From Macrostomum lignano (lineage: Eukaryota): 64,000 bases of DNA. The translations under genes were made by a program, and so were the position numbers. Every line of letters begins with the position of its first letter. The first letter of the stretch is position 1. The stretch spans positions 1-64,000 of the forward strand of contig NIVC01002702.1 in assembly GCA_002269645.1 (NCBI GenBank). Reading direction: 5' to 3'. Shown piece after piece: positions 43,075-55,830 of this stretch. A model generated the notes under the pieces. That model did not search any database. It had not been told where the DNA came from and saw only the letters and a program-made list of their open reading frames with translations.

Positions 43075-46000
43075 TCAGGCTGTCCCGCCAGTCAGATAGT
43101 CAGCCGGCCGCCAGCTCAGACAGGCCGGGTCGGCCAGCCTCATGTAGGTGGACAGACAGGCGGACAGCTTCTGTCTCAGCCGGTTTTTATCAGCCAGTAT
43201 AAAGTGCTCGCCGCGCCAGTACTTTAATAGTTCGAGAGACTGCAGCGTGCTCACGATATCGTTAGCGTGAATGCCGGTCTCCTGGCTGAGATCGCGAACG
43301 CTAATATCGGTGCCCTGATGCTCTAGCAGTCTGGTGAGCAGGGCTCGAGTCCAGTACTTGCGATAGGCGGCCAGGCCGGCGTCTGATAGCGGCCGCTCCG
43401 GCGACCCGACGCTGCCCTCCAGCTGGCTGATGCGGTAGCTGAGGTCGATCAATAGGAAGCCGAAGCCCTTGCGCATGTGGTTTGGGAATACCTGAAAATG
43501 CAATGCCACTAACTCAATCGGGATTCAGAGAATTCTTACCGTAATTTAGGAACTTTACTTTAGATTTCAGAATCTTATCTTTTAGATAATTGAGATTTAA
43601 GAATCTCACTCTGGATAATACATTTCCGAATCTCACCCTAGACAATAGAGATTTCAGAAATCTCACCCCTAGATAATAAATATTTCAGAATCTCACCCTA
43701 TATAATAGAGATTTCAGAATCTCACCCTAGATAATAGATTTCAGAAATCTCACCCTACATAATAGATTTCAGAATCTCACCCCTAGATAATAAATATTTC
43801 AGAATCTCACCCTATATAATAGAGATTTCAGAATCTCACCCTAGATAATAGATTTCAGAAATCTCACCCTACATAATAGATTTCAGAATCTCACCCCTAG
43901 ATAATAAATATTTCAGAATCTCACCCTATATAATAGAGATTTCAGAATCTCACCCTATATAATAGAGATTTCAGAATCTCACCCTACATAATAGATTTCA
44001 GAATCTCACCCTAGATAATAGAGATTTCAGAATCTCACCCTACATAATAGATTTCAGAATCTCACCCTAGATAATAGAGATTTAAGAATCTCACCCTATA
44101 TAATAGAGATTTCCGAATCTCACCCTAGACAATAGAGATTTCAGAATCTCACCCTAGATAATATAGATTTCAGAATCTCACCCTATATAATAGAGATTTC
44201 AGAAATCTCACCCTAGACAATAGAGATTTCAGAAATCTCACCCTAGACAATAGAGATTTCAGAAATCTCACCCCTACATAATAGATTTTAGAATCTCACC
44301 CTAGATAATATAGATTTCAGAATCTCACGCTATATAATAGAAATTTCAGAATCTCACTTTAAATATTATAGATTTTAGAATCTCACCCTAGATAATAGAG
44401 ATTTAAGAATCTCACCCTAGATAATAGAGATTTCAGAATCTCACCCTAGATAATAGAGATTTCAGAATCTCACCCTAGATAATAGAGATTTCAGCATCTC
44501 AGCCTTGATAATAGAGATTTCAGAATCTCAGCCTTGATAATAGAGATTTCAGAATCTTAGCCTAGATTCTTGCCCTCGACAAAGGCCAATAGAAAAGCAA
44601 ACTACAAAATCAAGCAGAATCTCACCAGCAGACAGGACAGATTATAATTGAGCAGGGACCTCTTCTCCTTAGAGAAGTAGCCAATCAGACGACACCCAGT
44701 CTGGTCAGCCTCTGTCAGCACGTAGAACACGAAAGCTTCGACGCCTTCAACAAGAGTTTTGTGACGAATGAAGAATTTCGCCAGCCGGCAAAGACTCTGA
44801 CAGTAGGCCCGGAAATGCCGGCCGTCCACTTCGAACAGCGACACCTGGCCTGCGTGGGCGGCAGCGGTGCGAGAAAGGAACGGTGTAGAAATGACTGCAG
44901 TTCGAGTCAGTGTCAAACTTGTGCACAGAAACAAACAAAAGTATTTTTTCATATTTGGCCTCACCACTTCCACCAATACAAACCCACCTTTTGAATCATC
45001 TAATCTACTCGGATTTCTAGCTTCACTTTCTTTGAACAATTACAGATCCTCAAGTTGCTAGGCCAGCCTCCCAGATCCTTAGTTGCTGGGCTGCCAGCCT
45101 ACCAGATCCTCAGTTGCTGGGCTGCCAGCCTACCAGATCCTCAGTTGCTGGGCCAGCCTCCCAGAGTGTCAGTGCTGGGCCAGCCTCCCAGATCCTCAGT
45201 TTCTGGGCCAGCCTCCCAGATCCTCAGTTGCTGGGCCAGCCTCCCAGATCCTCAGCTGCTGGGCCAGCCTCCCAGATCCTCAGCTGCTGGGCCAGCCTCC
45301 CAGATCCTCAGTTGCTGGGCCAGCCTCCCAGATCCTCAGTTGCTGGGCCAGCCTCTCAGATCCTTAGTTGCTGGATCAGCCTCCCAGATCCTCAGTTGCT
45401 GGGCCAGCCTCCCAGATCCTCAGTTGCTGGGCCAGCCTCTCAGATCCTTAGTTGCTGGATCAGCCTCCCAGATCCTCAGTTGCTGGGCCAGCCTCCCAGA
45501 TCCTCAGTTGCTGGGCCAGCCTCCCAGATCCTCAGTTTCTGGGCCAGCCTCCCAGATCCTCAGTTGCTGGGCCAGCCTCCCAGATCCTCAGCTGCTGGGC
45601 CAGCCTCCCAGATCCCCAGTCGCTGAACCACCGCGGCCAACCCAAATATTTAAAACCGTCACACTCTAAGCATCAGACATCGAGTATTCTGCACAAAAGC
45701 TAACCTTCCCGATAGACCTCCACACCGGGCGGATGCCGGCAGGCGCACTTTCTCGAATGCCTCGTCAAGGACAGGCGCTGGGTGAAGCAGGCCAGACAGA
45801 ATTCGCAATAGTGCAGCACCGGTACGCAGGCTAGATCGGTCGGCAGGCAGGATTTGTACCAGACGTCTAGTAGAGCGTTGCCAATGGCAACCTGCGATTT
45901 TTTGTTTGACATTAAACTAATTTCTGTGTTTATTCTGACACGTAAAGCATTGGGACAAAGAGGACAATTAGACAGGGTTAAAGAACAAATTAAGTGAAGC

Positions 46001-46627
46001 GATGCTACGAGCTTAGAAAGAGGCGAGATAAGGAAGGGATATAGAGGCCTATAGATATTACATATGAGGGATATAGACGCCTATAGATATCACATATGAG
46101 GGATATAGACGCCTATAGATATCAGACAGGAAATCATAGAGACGCCTATAGATATTAGATATCTATAATATAAAGATATATCTAAATATCTAGACATCCA
46201 GAGATGAATGGATAGAGACATCTGTAGATAGACGGTTAGACAAATCTAGATAATAGATATCTACACATAGATCAACAATGTGAATAGACTTAAGTAGTAT
46301 CCATACGGTAGTAGATAAAAAGCTTTCGCCACCCACCTGTTCCACCTGATACTCGGAGGGCAGCATGCGCCAATGGGCCAGCATATCCTGTTCAGTGTCG
46401 CTAGCCAAAGCATTTTGAGCCTCGCGAAACAGCTGCAAAGATTGGCGATTCTCCAACGGTACCCGACTTAAATCTGGCTCGCAGGGTTGACCAGTGCGGT
46501 CTCTATAAGCCGGACAGGCTGTGAGGGTGCAGTGCTGGCTAATTGAGGGATTCACGTGACCGCGAGAGTCGCAGCCTTTTACTGGGCAACGATTAGTTGA
46601 GGCGGCCATAGACAGAAAAGCATTCAT
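43075..46627 (-). CDS. KAT7: MYST histone acetyltransferase, KAT7/HBO1-like; exons 46627-46337, 45891-45705, 44849-44626, 43491-43075
   Basis: N-terminal C2HC finger [11 protein letters not shown]...HC...CP and LFREAQ; CEFCL...C; FEVDG; GYFSKEK...NLSCLL; GSPERPLSD; [14 protein letters not shown]. Splice phases are consistent. Confidence 0.88.
43560..44565 (+). repeat. 28-31-bp minisatellite filling KAT7 intron 3 (ATCTCACCCTAGATAATAGAGATTTCAGA)
   Basis: Direct reading. Confidence 0.93.
45045..45625 (+). repeat. 28-bp minisatellite in KAT7 intron 2 (CAGATCCTCAGTTGCTGGGCCAGCCTCC)
   Basis: Direct reading. Confidence 0.93.
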
Positions 46628-46919
46628 TTAATGATCTCTTTTTTATTTATATACTTCTTATAGCGGCATTTATAACAGCATATATATTCAACATAACAGT
46701 GTCGGCTTTATGACTGTTCCAATAACTATTGTTTGGTTTATTAAGCAATCCAAGTTTAATTGATTGCATAGATTTTTTGCTTTTTAAAAAGGACCGGTTG
46801 ATTGTATAATCATTATCCATTACTGTCCTAATTCTCTTTACTTCTTTTAAGCGCAATGGCTCAATGCTGGCCACATAAAAGGGCTGAATTTATCTGAAGG
46901 AACAAAAAGCTACATTTTC

Positions 46920-47830
46920 AGAAATCGTTTTATACTTCAAGTGTCAACTGACTGGCTGCAACTGCTGAGCATGAAGTTGAAGTTAAAGACGGCCTGGTGA
47001 ACTCAGTGTCAGGCTCTCACAAACATCCTCTACCATTGTTGGACGCTATTAAGCGCAAGGACTTCACTAAAGATATGCAACACCAAGCCAAAGAATCCAC
47101 TCTTCTCATTAAGCGGCTCTATTGGGAAAAAATTGCGGTAAATGGCTCAAGCCGACAACGTAAAGGCAGCAGATTTGAACAATGTCACAATGCTGGACTC
47201 CCGTGCAATGAATCCAGATAGACCTCGAATTCGAGCACCTTACAATCGATACTCTTATCCCTCGAATTCAGATTGATGATACCTGAAGTTGCTGTTTTGA
47301 AAATTTATACTAGCGTCAAAGTACTAACTGCATAGGAGCCACTTGTCTTTTTTTAGATACCCGCAAAAGACCAGAGAACTTATAAGCTTATGAGGCCTGC
47401 TGGGACCCCATATCACATTCATTAACTATTTTGATCCCTTGAAACCAGCGCTTGGACCTGCTTGGATTGGAGGAGGAAGCTGAAACCATACTCGTAGCAA
47501 GTAGAGTCTGCAGCATGAGATCGACGATTTAGATGCCAAAGTTGTGTTTTATGTGGCAGGAAGGAGTGCCACGTCTATTGTACTTCAGACAATTGCAACC
47601 ACTGCCATGAGCTGCAAGCTGCATCACACGATAATGGCAGGGCTGCGAATTCCATATCAGTTTTTCTATGAAATGCAAGTCATAGTGGATTGGTGGAGCC
47701 TTCAGGCATTCGATGCTTGCAAGGTGATTTGAGGGAATTATTTCCAAAATACAACCCTTCACACAGTTTTTGACTTGTCAAAGCAGCAGCATGCAAAGCT
47801 TTTTGATGCTATTTGCTACATTGTGCTCGA
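46920..47830 (+). pseudogene. Highly decayed MULE/FLYWCH-type transposase remnant
   Basis: Across frames: YFKC...GC...VSGSHKHP (FLYWCH-like), then IPYQFF, VIVD and LRELFP (MULE-core-like). Many stops. Confidence 0.4.
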
Positions 47831-48319
47831 ACACTTTCCAAACCTGAGGTAGTAGACTCACTGTGAGTCACAGAACCCTAGCTCGAAATTTTGTGTAGAA
47901 AAATGTTCACCACAGTTACAAAGAACTAAATCAGCAGTCTGTCAATGCATTAAGATGCAGTTCCATCTCAAGAGATCAGCAAGTTTGATATCTAAGTACG
48001 AGCGTATAGCATCCTCTATGGTAAGCCAGACACAGACTCCTATTTTATTCTCATATTTATGCTAGTATAAACATCTATATGGCCCCATTATTTTATCTAC
48101 TTGATAAACTAGATAATCAATTATTGGTACCTAAAGAAAAATAAAGTAAGTTGTTAAAAAAATTGTTTTAGAATTTAGTAGAGACTACTAGCAATCTTCG
48201 CCCCCCGATGGGGGACATCTGGATAGAATCCTTGTTCTTTACAAATAACAAATAGACAGCGAAATAAAACCTTCAAAAAACAACAACAGACATTCCCTCT
48301 AAAAACAAAACATCCCAAG

Positions 48320-49020
48320 ACAGCAAGCATCCTCAGACAGCATTCAAGCATCGATCCCCAAATAGCAAGCATCCCCCAGACTGCAAGCATCCCCCAGGTA
48401 GCAAGCATCCCCCCGATAGCAAGCAACCCCAGATAGCAAGCATCCCCAGATAGCAAGCATCCCCCAGATTGCAAGCATCCCCCAGACAGCAAGCAACCCC
48501 TGATAGCAAGCATAACCTGGATACAAAGATACCTTATAGATATCTAGCAACCCCCTCTCAGATAGCAAGTACCCTCCACCCACAAGAGCAAGCATCCCCC
48601 TGTAAGCAAGTATCCATCCTTAAAAAGCAAGCATCCACCAGAGAACAAGTAGCTAGTGCAACAATTTCCTTAGCTTTATAATGGTTCCATTTTGTTTGGC
48701 ATGACACTTCTTTTATGTTTGAAATGGGGTCTCTTTTTTGTTTAAAAAGGTGGCTCTTTAATGTTTGACATAATGGCTCTTAAATGTTTGACATGGTGGC
48801 TCTTAAATGTTAGACGTGGTGGCTTGTTTAGGTTTGACATAGTGGCTCTTCTATGTTTGAAATGGTGGCTTTTTAATCGTTGACATGGAGTCACATATAT
48901 GTTTGACATAGTGCTTATTTTATGTTTGACATGGTAACTCTTTTATATTCGAAATGTTGGCTTTTTAATGTTCGACATGGTGGCTCTTCTATGTTTGACA
49001 TTGCGCTTCTATTATGTTTA
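48320..49020 (+). repeat. Two degenerate short arrays: 18-bp AGCAAGCATCCCCCAGAT (48320-48620) and about 23-bp GTTTGACATGGTGGCTCTT (48700-49020)
   Basis: Direct reading. Confidence 0.8.
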
Positions 49021-49439
49021 GCAGTTTTGTTGTGTTTTTAAGGTGTTTTGATAAAAAAATCTTTTTGCACTACTAAGATTCGAACCCAGGTCGCTACATT
49101 AGCATTCCAGTCTGTTCGCATCTTGGCTATCTCTTTTCAATTGGAGAACGTGAATTGTGGCCCTTATAATTCAATTCTTACAGCAAGTCAATTGAAGTAA
49201 AAAGTAATGACATAATCAATTTCTCAGTCAGCCAGTATCAGTCTCAATTTAAGTTAGCAATATTGGTTACGCAATTTAAATCAAGTCGTGTGTGCATTTC
49301 TTCGGCACTGTTTTCAACTTGTTGTGATGCAATCTTTATCACAATCGGAATTCAGCCAGTCAGTTTTTTCTCTAGCATTCTTACAATGAATTTTAGGTCG
49401 AAAGAGCTGCTTGACCTTTGCAAAAAAGCAGGTTTTTCG

Positions 49440-49609
49440 AATATTTAATCCCTTTAAAATTGAGCAATTTTTTAGCCAAGATGCATATACCGTCCCAGGA
49501 AAATTTCTGATCAAATGGTGCAAGTTTGAAGAAAATCGGTTGAGCCATTTTTTCTGAAATCTATCGCATACCTACCCACATACAGACAACTCATTTTTAG
49601 TATATAGGA
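49440..49609 (-). mobile_element. Helitron-like non-autonomous 5' fragment
   Basis: Minus strand starts A|TCCTATATACTAAAAA...TGTCTGTATG. Shares AATATTTAATCCCTTT with 50455-50622. Confidence 0.35.
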
Positions 49610-50454
49610 TTTGAGTTTGTTTAAACAATTTATCAAAGAGCATTTATCCATCGAGCCATATAGATATAGCATTGAAATAAATTAGACTTGAAAGGAATGC
49701 TAGATTTCATGTAATAATGAATATCTTTTAAGTAATACAAAAGCTTTGGCTCTTTTTAAAAGTCAATACAATTGTTTGCTATATTATTTTTTATATCAGT
49801 CATACATGCGCAATAGTCAGCCAAGTCGGCCAATCCAGTCGACTAATTTGGTGGCCAACCAAGGTAAGTTGCGAAAATGCCCACCCAAGTAAATACCCAA
49901 GTAGTACTAAGTAGATAATGAGGCATTTTGCCTTAATAAGACAGTCATAACTCTTGTCATTTACCAAAAGTTGCATTAATTTTGCTTTAGGGTTTCTTTT
50001 ACATGTTAGTTGCATTTTTGGCCAAAAACGATATCACATTTTTTGTTAAAACTAAGTTGCATCGCTGACCAAATTTTGGAGGTTGCGCATGTATATTGTC
50101 AGTAAATAGCAATGTGGTTGAGCTTTACAGTATATGATGATAATACTTTTTGTAATATAAATTTTAAAATGGCTAAATTTAGTATACAAATAAATTTTAA
50201 AAGTGACCAAATTAGCAAAAATGTTTTTTGAATTACAATTAACATATATACTATAAATTCTCTACTTAAAAATAATTTTATTAGGCTTAATGACACTTGA
50301 AATATACTTAATAATAAATTTTGTGTCAAAGTGATTGTGAAAGCAAATGGTTAGAAATTGGAGTGAATATCTAACTTGTAAGTATATTATTGAAGTGATC
50401 TGCAATATTAGCCAATATTCAACCCATTTAAAGCCCATTTAAAACAGTTTTTTT

Positions 50455-50622
50455 GAATATTTAATCCCTTTAGCATTGAAGCAGATTAAAAAGATTTTAA
50501 CTATACAATCCTGGGCTGATTACATATCTTTTAGCAAAAATGCAATCGAAATTGGTGAAGAATTGCAATCTCTAGTGCATTATAGACAAGCATACAAACT
50601 TTAGAGATTTAGTATACTTAGA
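50455..50622 (-). mobile_element. Second Helitron-like 5' fragment
   Basis: Minus strand starts A|TCTAAGTATACTAAA...GTTTGTATGCTTGTC. Same overall layout as 49440-49609. Confidence 0.3.
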
Positions 50623-50997
50623 TTAGAAGAAGAAGATTAGAAGATTAGAATAGAAGATTAGAAGATAGATAGAAGATTAGATTGTTTATTAGATTGCTTA
50701 AGTGTAATCATTACTTTGCTTTTTTCAAAATGCAAATGCAATGGACTTTATGTGCAGTAGCATGGTAAAGTTATCAAATCGCACAAACATAATGTCAGTT
50801 AGTAGCCTATTAGTAATTGGAATTAGTTAGATTAGATATATAAGAACTAAGTCCAATTCCAAGTCCAAGTTCAGTTTAATTCAGATACTAGATAGATATA
50901 ATATAAGCCCAAGATAGATTGAATCTTGTCAATAAATTAATGTACAACACTAATATGATTACTAATTAGATGATGAGGCATTTTTGTCATTGAAAGG

Positions 50998-51549
50998 TAG
51001 GGGGCGACCTAGCCCAGGCCCGGGCTCAAAAAGTCAGGAATATCGACCAAAATCGTGGCCCAACCCTAAAAAAGTGGGGAAATCGGGACAAGTCTTTTTT
51101 CCCTAAAGGCACTAACTGCATGCAAATATTTGAGTATTAGGTCTTGTAATGTAACTCTTGTCTATTCTTAAGTCCTAACTAATGTAATAAATAATAATAA
51201 TATTTATTATATATTTATTATATATTTAATTTTATTGTATTTAATCTATTAATTAAATTTATTTATATATTTATAATTAATTTATTTAAATAATAAAATT
51301 TATTAATTTTATAATATATTTTAATTTATTCTTTCTTAATTTGTTTTATAATAAAATATAAAATATATAAATAAATATTTATTTATAAATTTATAAATAC
51401 ATATTTATTTATTTTATTTTATTTAATATTTGACGATTTTTTTCTAATTATTGAGTTGTCCTAAAGATCTTGTCCCAAATTCGTGAGGCCTGACCCAGGC
51501 CCGAGTCCTTATTCCCAGGCCTGACTTTGGCCATCCCAGTCGCCCTCTA
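50998..51549. mobile_element. hAT-type MITE (552 bp) with a nearly pure A/T core
   Basis: TIRs TAGGGGGCGAC / TAGAGGGCGAC. Flanks TTGAAAGG / CTGAAAGG (7/8 TSD match). Confidence 0.75.
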
Positions 51550-54500
51550 CTGAAAGGTGTCATAGTTACTCCCGCCATTTACCTTTCACTTTTTTACATT
51601 TAGAAACACATTTGGACATTTGGATTCAATTTTTTTGTACATTTGTATTTGGTTTTGGAAACTTTGCAAAAATCTATATTTGGTCCATCACTAGAAAATA
51701 TCGGGGCATATCTTATACACTCTCCATTTGGTTATACTGTATGTAATATACTGATTATTTTCATTATAATTGGCATGTATGTATTTTAATTTAAAATCCA
51801 GAAAAAAAAATTCTTATCTGTTTTCAATCATAACCCATGTTAAAAATTTGGCCTATTATGGCTTAGTTTGAAATTAATGCTTTTACATAAAAAACAGGAA
51901 AATTCATATAGTCTATAAAGACAGGATTTACTTTTTGCTTCTGTAAATTCAACAATAAATAAAATTAGTAAAAGTTATTGCTAAAAGTGTAAATTTTATA
52001 TTAATATTATTTTTATATGTATAATTTAGGTTTTAAAAAATGAAAATATTTGTAATATTTAAAAAATACTTTTCAAACAAAAGCTTTTTTTAGAAAACTC
52101 TACTCCATGAAAATTTAATGATCTTTTTTAGGAGAAATTTTGACATACATTTTAGGGAATTTTTTGTTTTTGGCATATACTGGCATACATTTAGCTAAAA
52201 TAGGATTCTTGTTCAACCGTACACTACTTAATCATCTGGACCCTGATGGTCCAATTATATTTTACCAAAAATATATCCTTTTAAAGGTAAATAAGTTGTA
52301 TTGTTATTTGTTTCTTCCGAAACAACCTCCATACTTTGCATTATTAATAGTACAAATACTACAAGTACAAGCTGATAAAAATGCTAAGCTAATAAACATA
52401 GGGCCTAAATCATGGCTCAACTTTATTTACCACTTTAGTTTGCTAAAAGTTATTATGTTTTATGAAAATAAAAGATATAGGGTCCTTAACCTATATAAAT
52501 AGTCCTTGATAGGATAACTAATTATACTATTTTATTTTTAGTTACGATATAAATAACATCAGCAATACTTACATAGTACTCTGCAAATAATGACTGCCCA
52601 ATCTAATTAGTAGCATATTGTTATAGTAGCCTCAGCCTCGGTTGATGGTTGTTTTGTCTATTGCCAGTTTGTCTGCCACTCTTTTGTCTACAAAAATATG
52701 ATGCAGTCATTTTGTTTGCCAAAAAATATTGAATACAACGTCAGTCTAATCATGGAAATCTAGATTGTACATCTTAAAAAAACTTAAAAGTAAAGATAAC
52801 AAACTCATTTTTTAAAGTACAAGTGTATCTAAAAATATTATTTTAAGACCCACCTGTGCTAGTGTATACTTGTGTTAACTACTTTTACTATTCTTTGTGC
52901 CTAATAAAATGCTTATAATTACCATTACAATTTGTGCATGTAAAATAGCCGATTAATAAACATGTTAAATTTGCGTGCATGCTAGAAACTAATTTTAGCT
53001 TTTGTTTTACTACACAAAATATTATCCGTAATTATTTTTGTTATAAATGTAGCCATCTAGACAGTATATATATGAGCCAATTTTTGCCCAAATAAACCCA
53101 ACTTGCTAAACTCGCTAACTTGCTGCTTGCTCTTAGCTCATTCATTCTATATTCTCAGATAAACTTTGAAACCTTATTGAGTTAGGCCCTAGTCATTTTA
53201 AGGAAAGAGGGAAGAGTTACAGTGCTCAGAAAATTGCTAAGAGAAGGGATTGGGAGATATACAAAGGAAATTCAAAGAGTTGCGCTGTGACCCTCTAATC
53301 CCAGTGAATGCCCAACTAGGACAATCTAATAAGTTCATGTACCAGTATTAAACTGCTCAGGCAATATATAAGATGCTACTAGACTAATACAAAAGACGCT
53401 ACCAGACTAAAACATAAAATGCTACCAGACTAATACATAAAATGCTACCAGTATATTCAAATGAAATTCTAAGAAACATTTAAAGAGTGAAAATAGAAGT
53501 GCAATTAGGATAAACTTTAGTTAGCAGACAGGAACAACACCTATACAACTTGGTGGCATTTAGTAGGATTAAAATTGATAAAGTAGGAGGTAAAAGCCCT
53601 GTTACACACCAAAGGTTGACTTGATTTATATATGTATATATAATTTGAAGTTAAGTTTAAATAAATTTTGCAACAAGACAGCAAATGCGTTATCATCATT
53701 AGATTGTGATAGGGCTAGGGATCATAACAATGCTCACAATCATATTTAACTGCAAACTACTCTACCTTCTGATTCACTAACAACTCTAATTGACTATCAG
53801 AAAACTTTTTTTAATAGATGTGTGGTTAGGCAATCTACCACTGTCTGAGCAAGATTTTGTCAGGTGGTAAAATTTTGCTATGACTCCTTTTTGTCACCCA
53901 GTGCGCCGCCCCTTGCCCCATCCCTCGCCCCATCTTTTGACGAAGTTGTTTTTTTGTTATTTCCCATTTATGTTTCAATGTTGTCTGTTGCCCCATCTTC
54001 TGCCCCATCCCCTACCTTGCCGCCACATTTGTTGCCCCATCCCTGTCTAGACGACACTTTCATTATTTATAAGGCCAATTTGGGCTGCTAGTTGTTTATC
54101 TTCCCTTTGTTCCCTCCCCCCTTTTGTTCCGTGTCTTTCTTTCCGTGTCTTTTCATTCCGTTTCTTTTCTTTTTCTTTGTTGGCTTTGTTTTCTTTTGGT
54201 TTTAGGTTTGGTTGATTGGCACCTAGCACCTACCGCAATCATTTTTGTTTAATAATAGTCTAATTTAATCATTTGATACTGCCTGCTAATAATAATAATA
54301 GTAACAATTGACATTAATAACAGTTTGTTTGTTAATTGAAGCCTTTAATAGTTTATCTTGAGTCATTTGCCTGTGGGGCATTGAACAACCAAATTAATCT
54401 CATCTTTGAAGGAGCTCTGAGATTTCAATGTTCCGTAATACGCAATTATGGTAGTGGCAGCACTACTCTACTGAAAATAATCAATTCAGCAACTCAGAAA

Positions 54501-55771
54501 ACAGATTTACGGTGTCTAGACCATTGAGTCTAAAGTCTAAATGACTATGCCGCTTACGACCGCTTGACTACAATTACAACTACCCTCCCCCGGACTTGAG
54601 AACCTGGCTGTTGGAGTAAAACAGGAGGAAAAAAATTTGTTTTGATTTGTCTGCGCGATTTCTAGCTTTAATTGTGCGAACGCAATGCTGGCGGAAATTC
54701 AAACATGGCATCCACCCCACCTCATGTCCTCACTGGTGTCAACAAATTTTCAAAACACCCTATTCCAAGAAAGAAAACTTCCTCTGCCCCCACCTCAGAT
54801 GTTTAAATTAAATACAATATTTCTTTGAAATGTTGTGTTAAACTGTTAAACAATATTACATATAAAAAACATCCTAAAATAACTTTTTGTGTGACTTGCA
54901 ATATCTTATAATAAAAGAGCTTTAAAATTTACATAGCTATATTTTACTTTTCATTTTTTAAAAGTTGTTTTGTCTGCTGGCAGACAAAAAGGTGGCAGAT
55001 GAAATGACTGCGCACTATTGATTGAAGCTTAGGCCTACCCTAGTAAAACATTTCATACAACCAACCTCAAACAGCCAGAAATTCAGCAGTAAAATCTACT
55101 AAGCGGGGCCTATTTACTAAACTACAAAAATATAAACCTATTTTATTAAGCCTATCTGTCTACAGTCTAGTCTATACTCTATTACTCTAGACTATAGATC
55201 TCTATAGGTTAGGCCTAGGCACTTACTGATTATTGAAAGCTATATAGCTTGGCTAATGCAATGCTTAATACTTTCAATAGATTTACAAAACATTTAAAAA
55301 CCTAATTGAGTATTAAATATTTTTAGGATATAACTTATAACTTAGATACAATTTAACAATTAACAATACAATATGAATACTAGTACTGCAATTAGAATCC
55401 TAAGGTTGCTGGCTGTCTGGCTCATTAGCTAATATAGCATTTAGTTAAGCTTTGCAACTATTTTTATTATTTTAACTAATAGTTTGATATTTGACTTTCG
55501 ATTTAAACGTGCAACCCGAGCTAACTGCCATCTGCCTTCACGATACATTAAAAGCAGCAGATAAATTTCTGAGAAGCTGATGGTTTCTAGGAAAATACGG
55601 CACATTTTATTAAATTAAAACAAAAAGTCTTAAAAATGACTTCAGTTTTAGCGTGAAATGAAGTATATCAAACAAATTTTGTTTCTTTGTATAAAAAGCA
55701 CGTGTCCTGAATTAAGTGATTCTGCATCAAGAGATACAAACATACGAAATAAAATAGTCAAAAGGTATATA

Positions 55772-55830
55772 TCTATACATATAAAAATCAAAACTCTGTC
55801 TGTCTGTCTGTGTGTCTGTGTGTCTGTGAA
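55772..55830 (+). mobile_element. Helitron-like 5' terminus
   Basis: A|TCTATACATATAAAAATC followed by (TCTG)n. The 3' end was not found. Confidence 0.28.
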
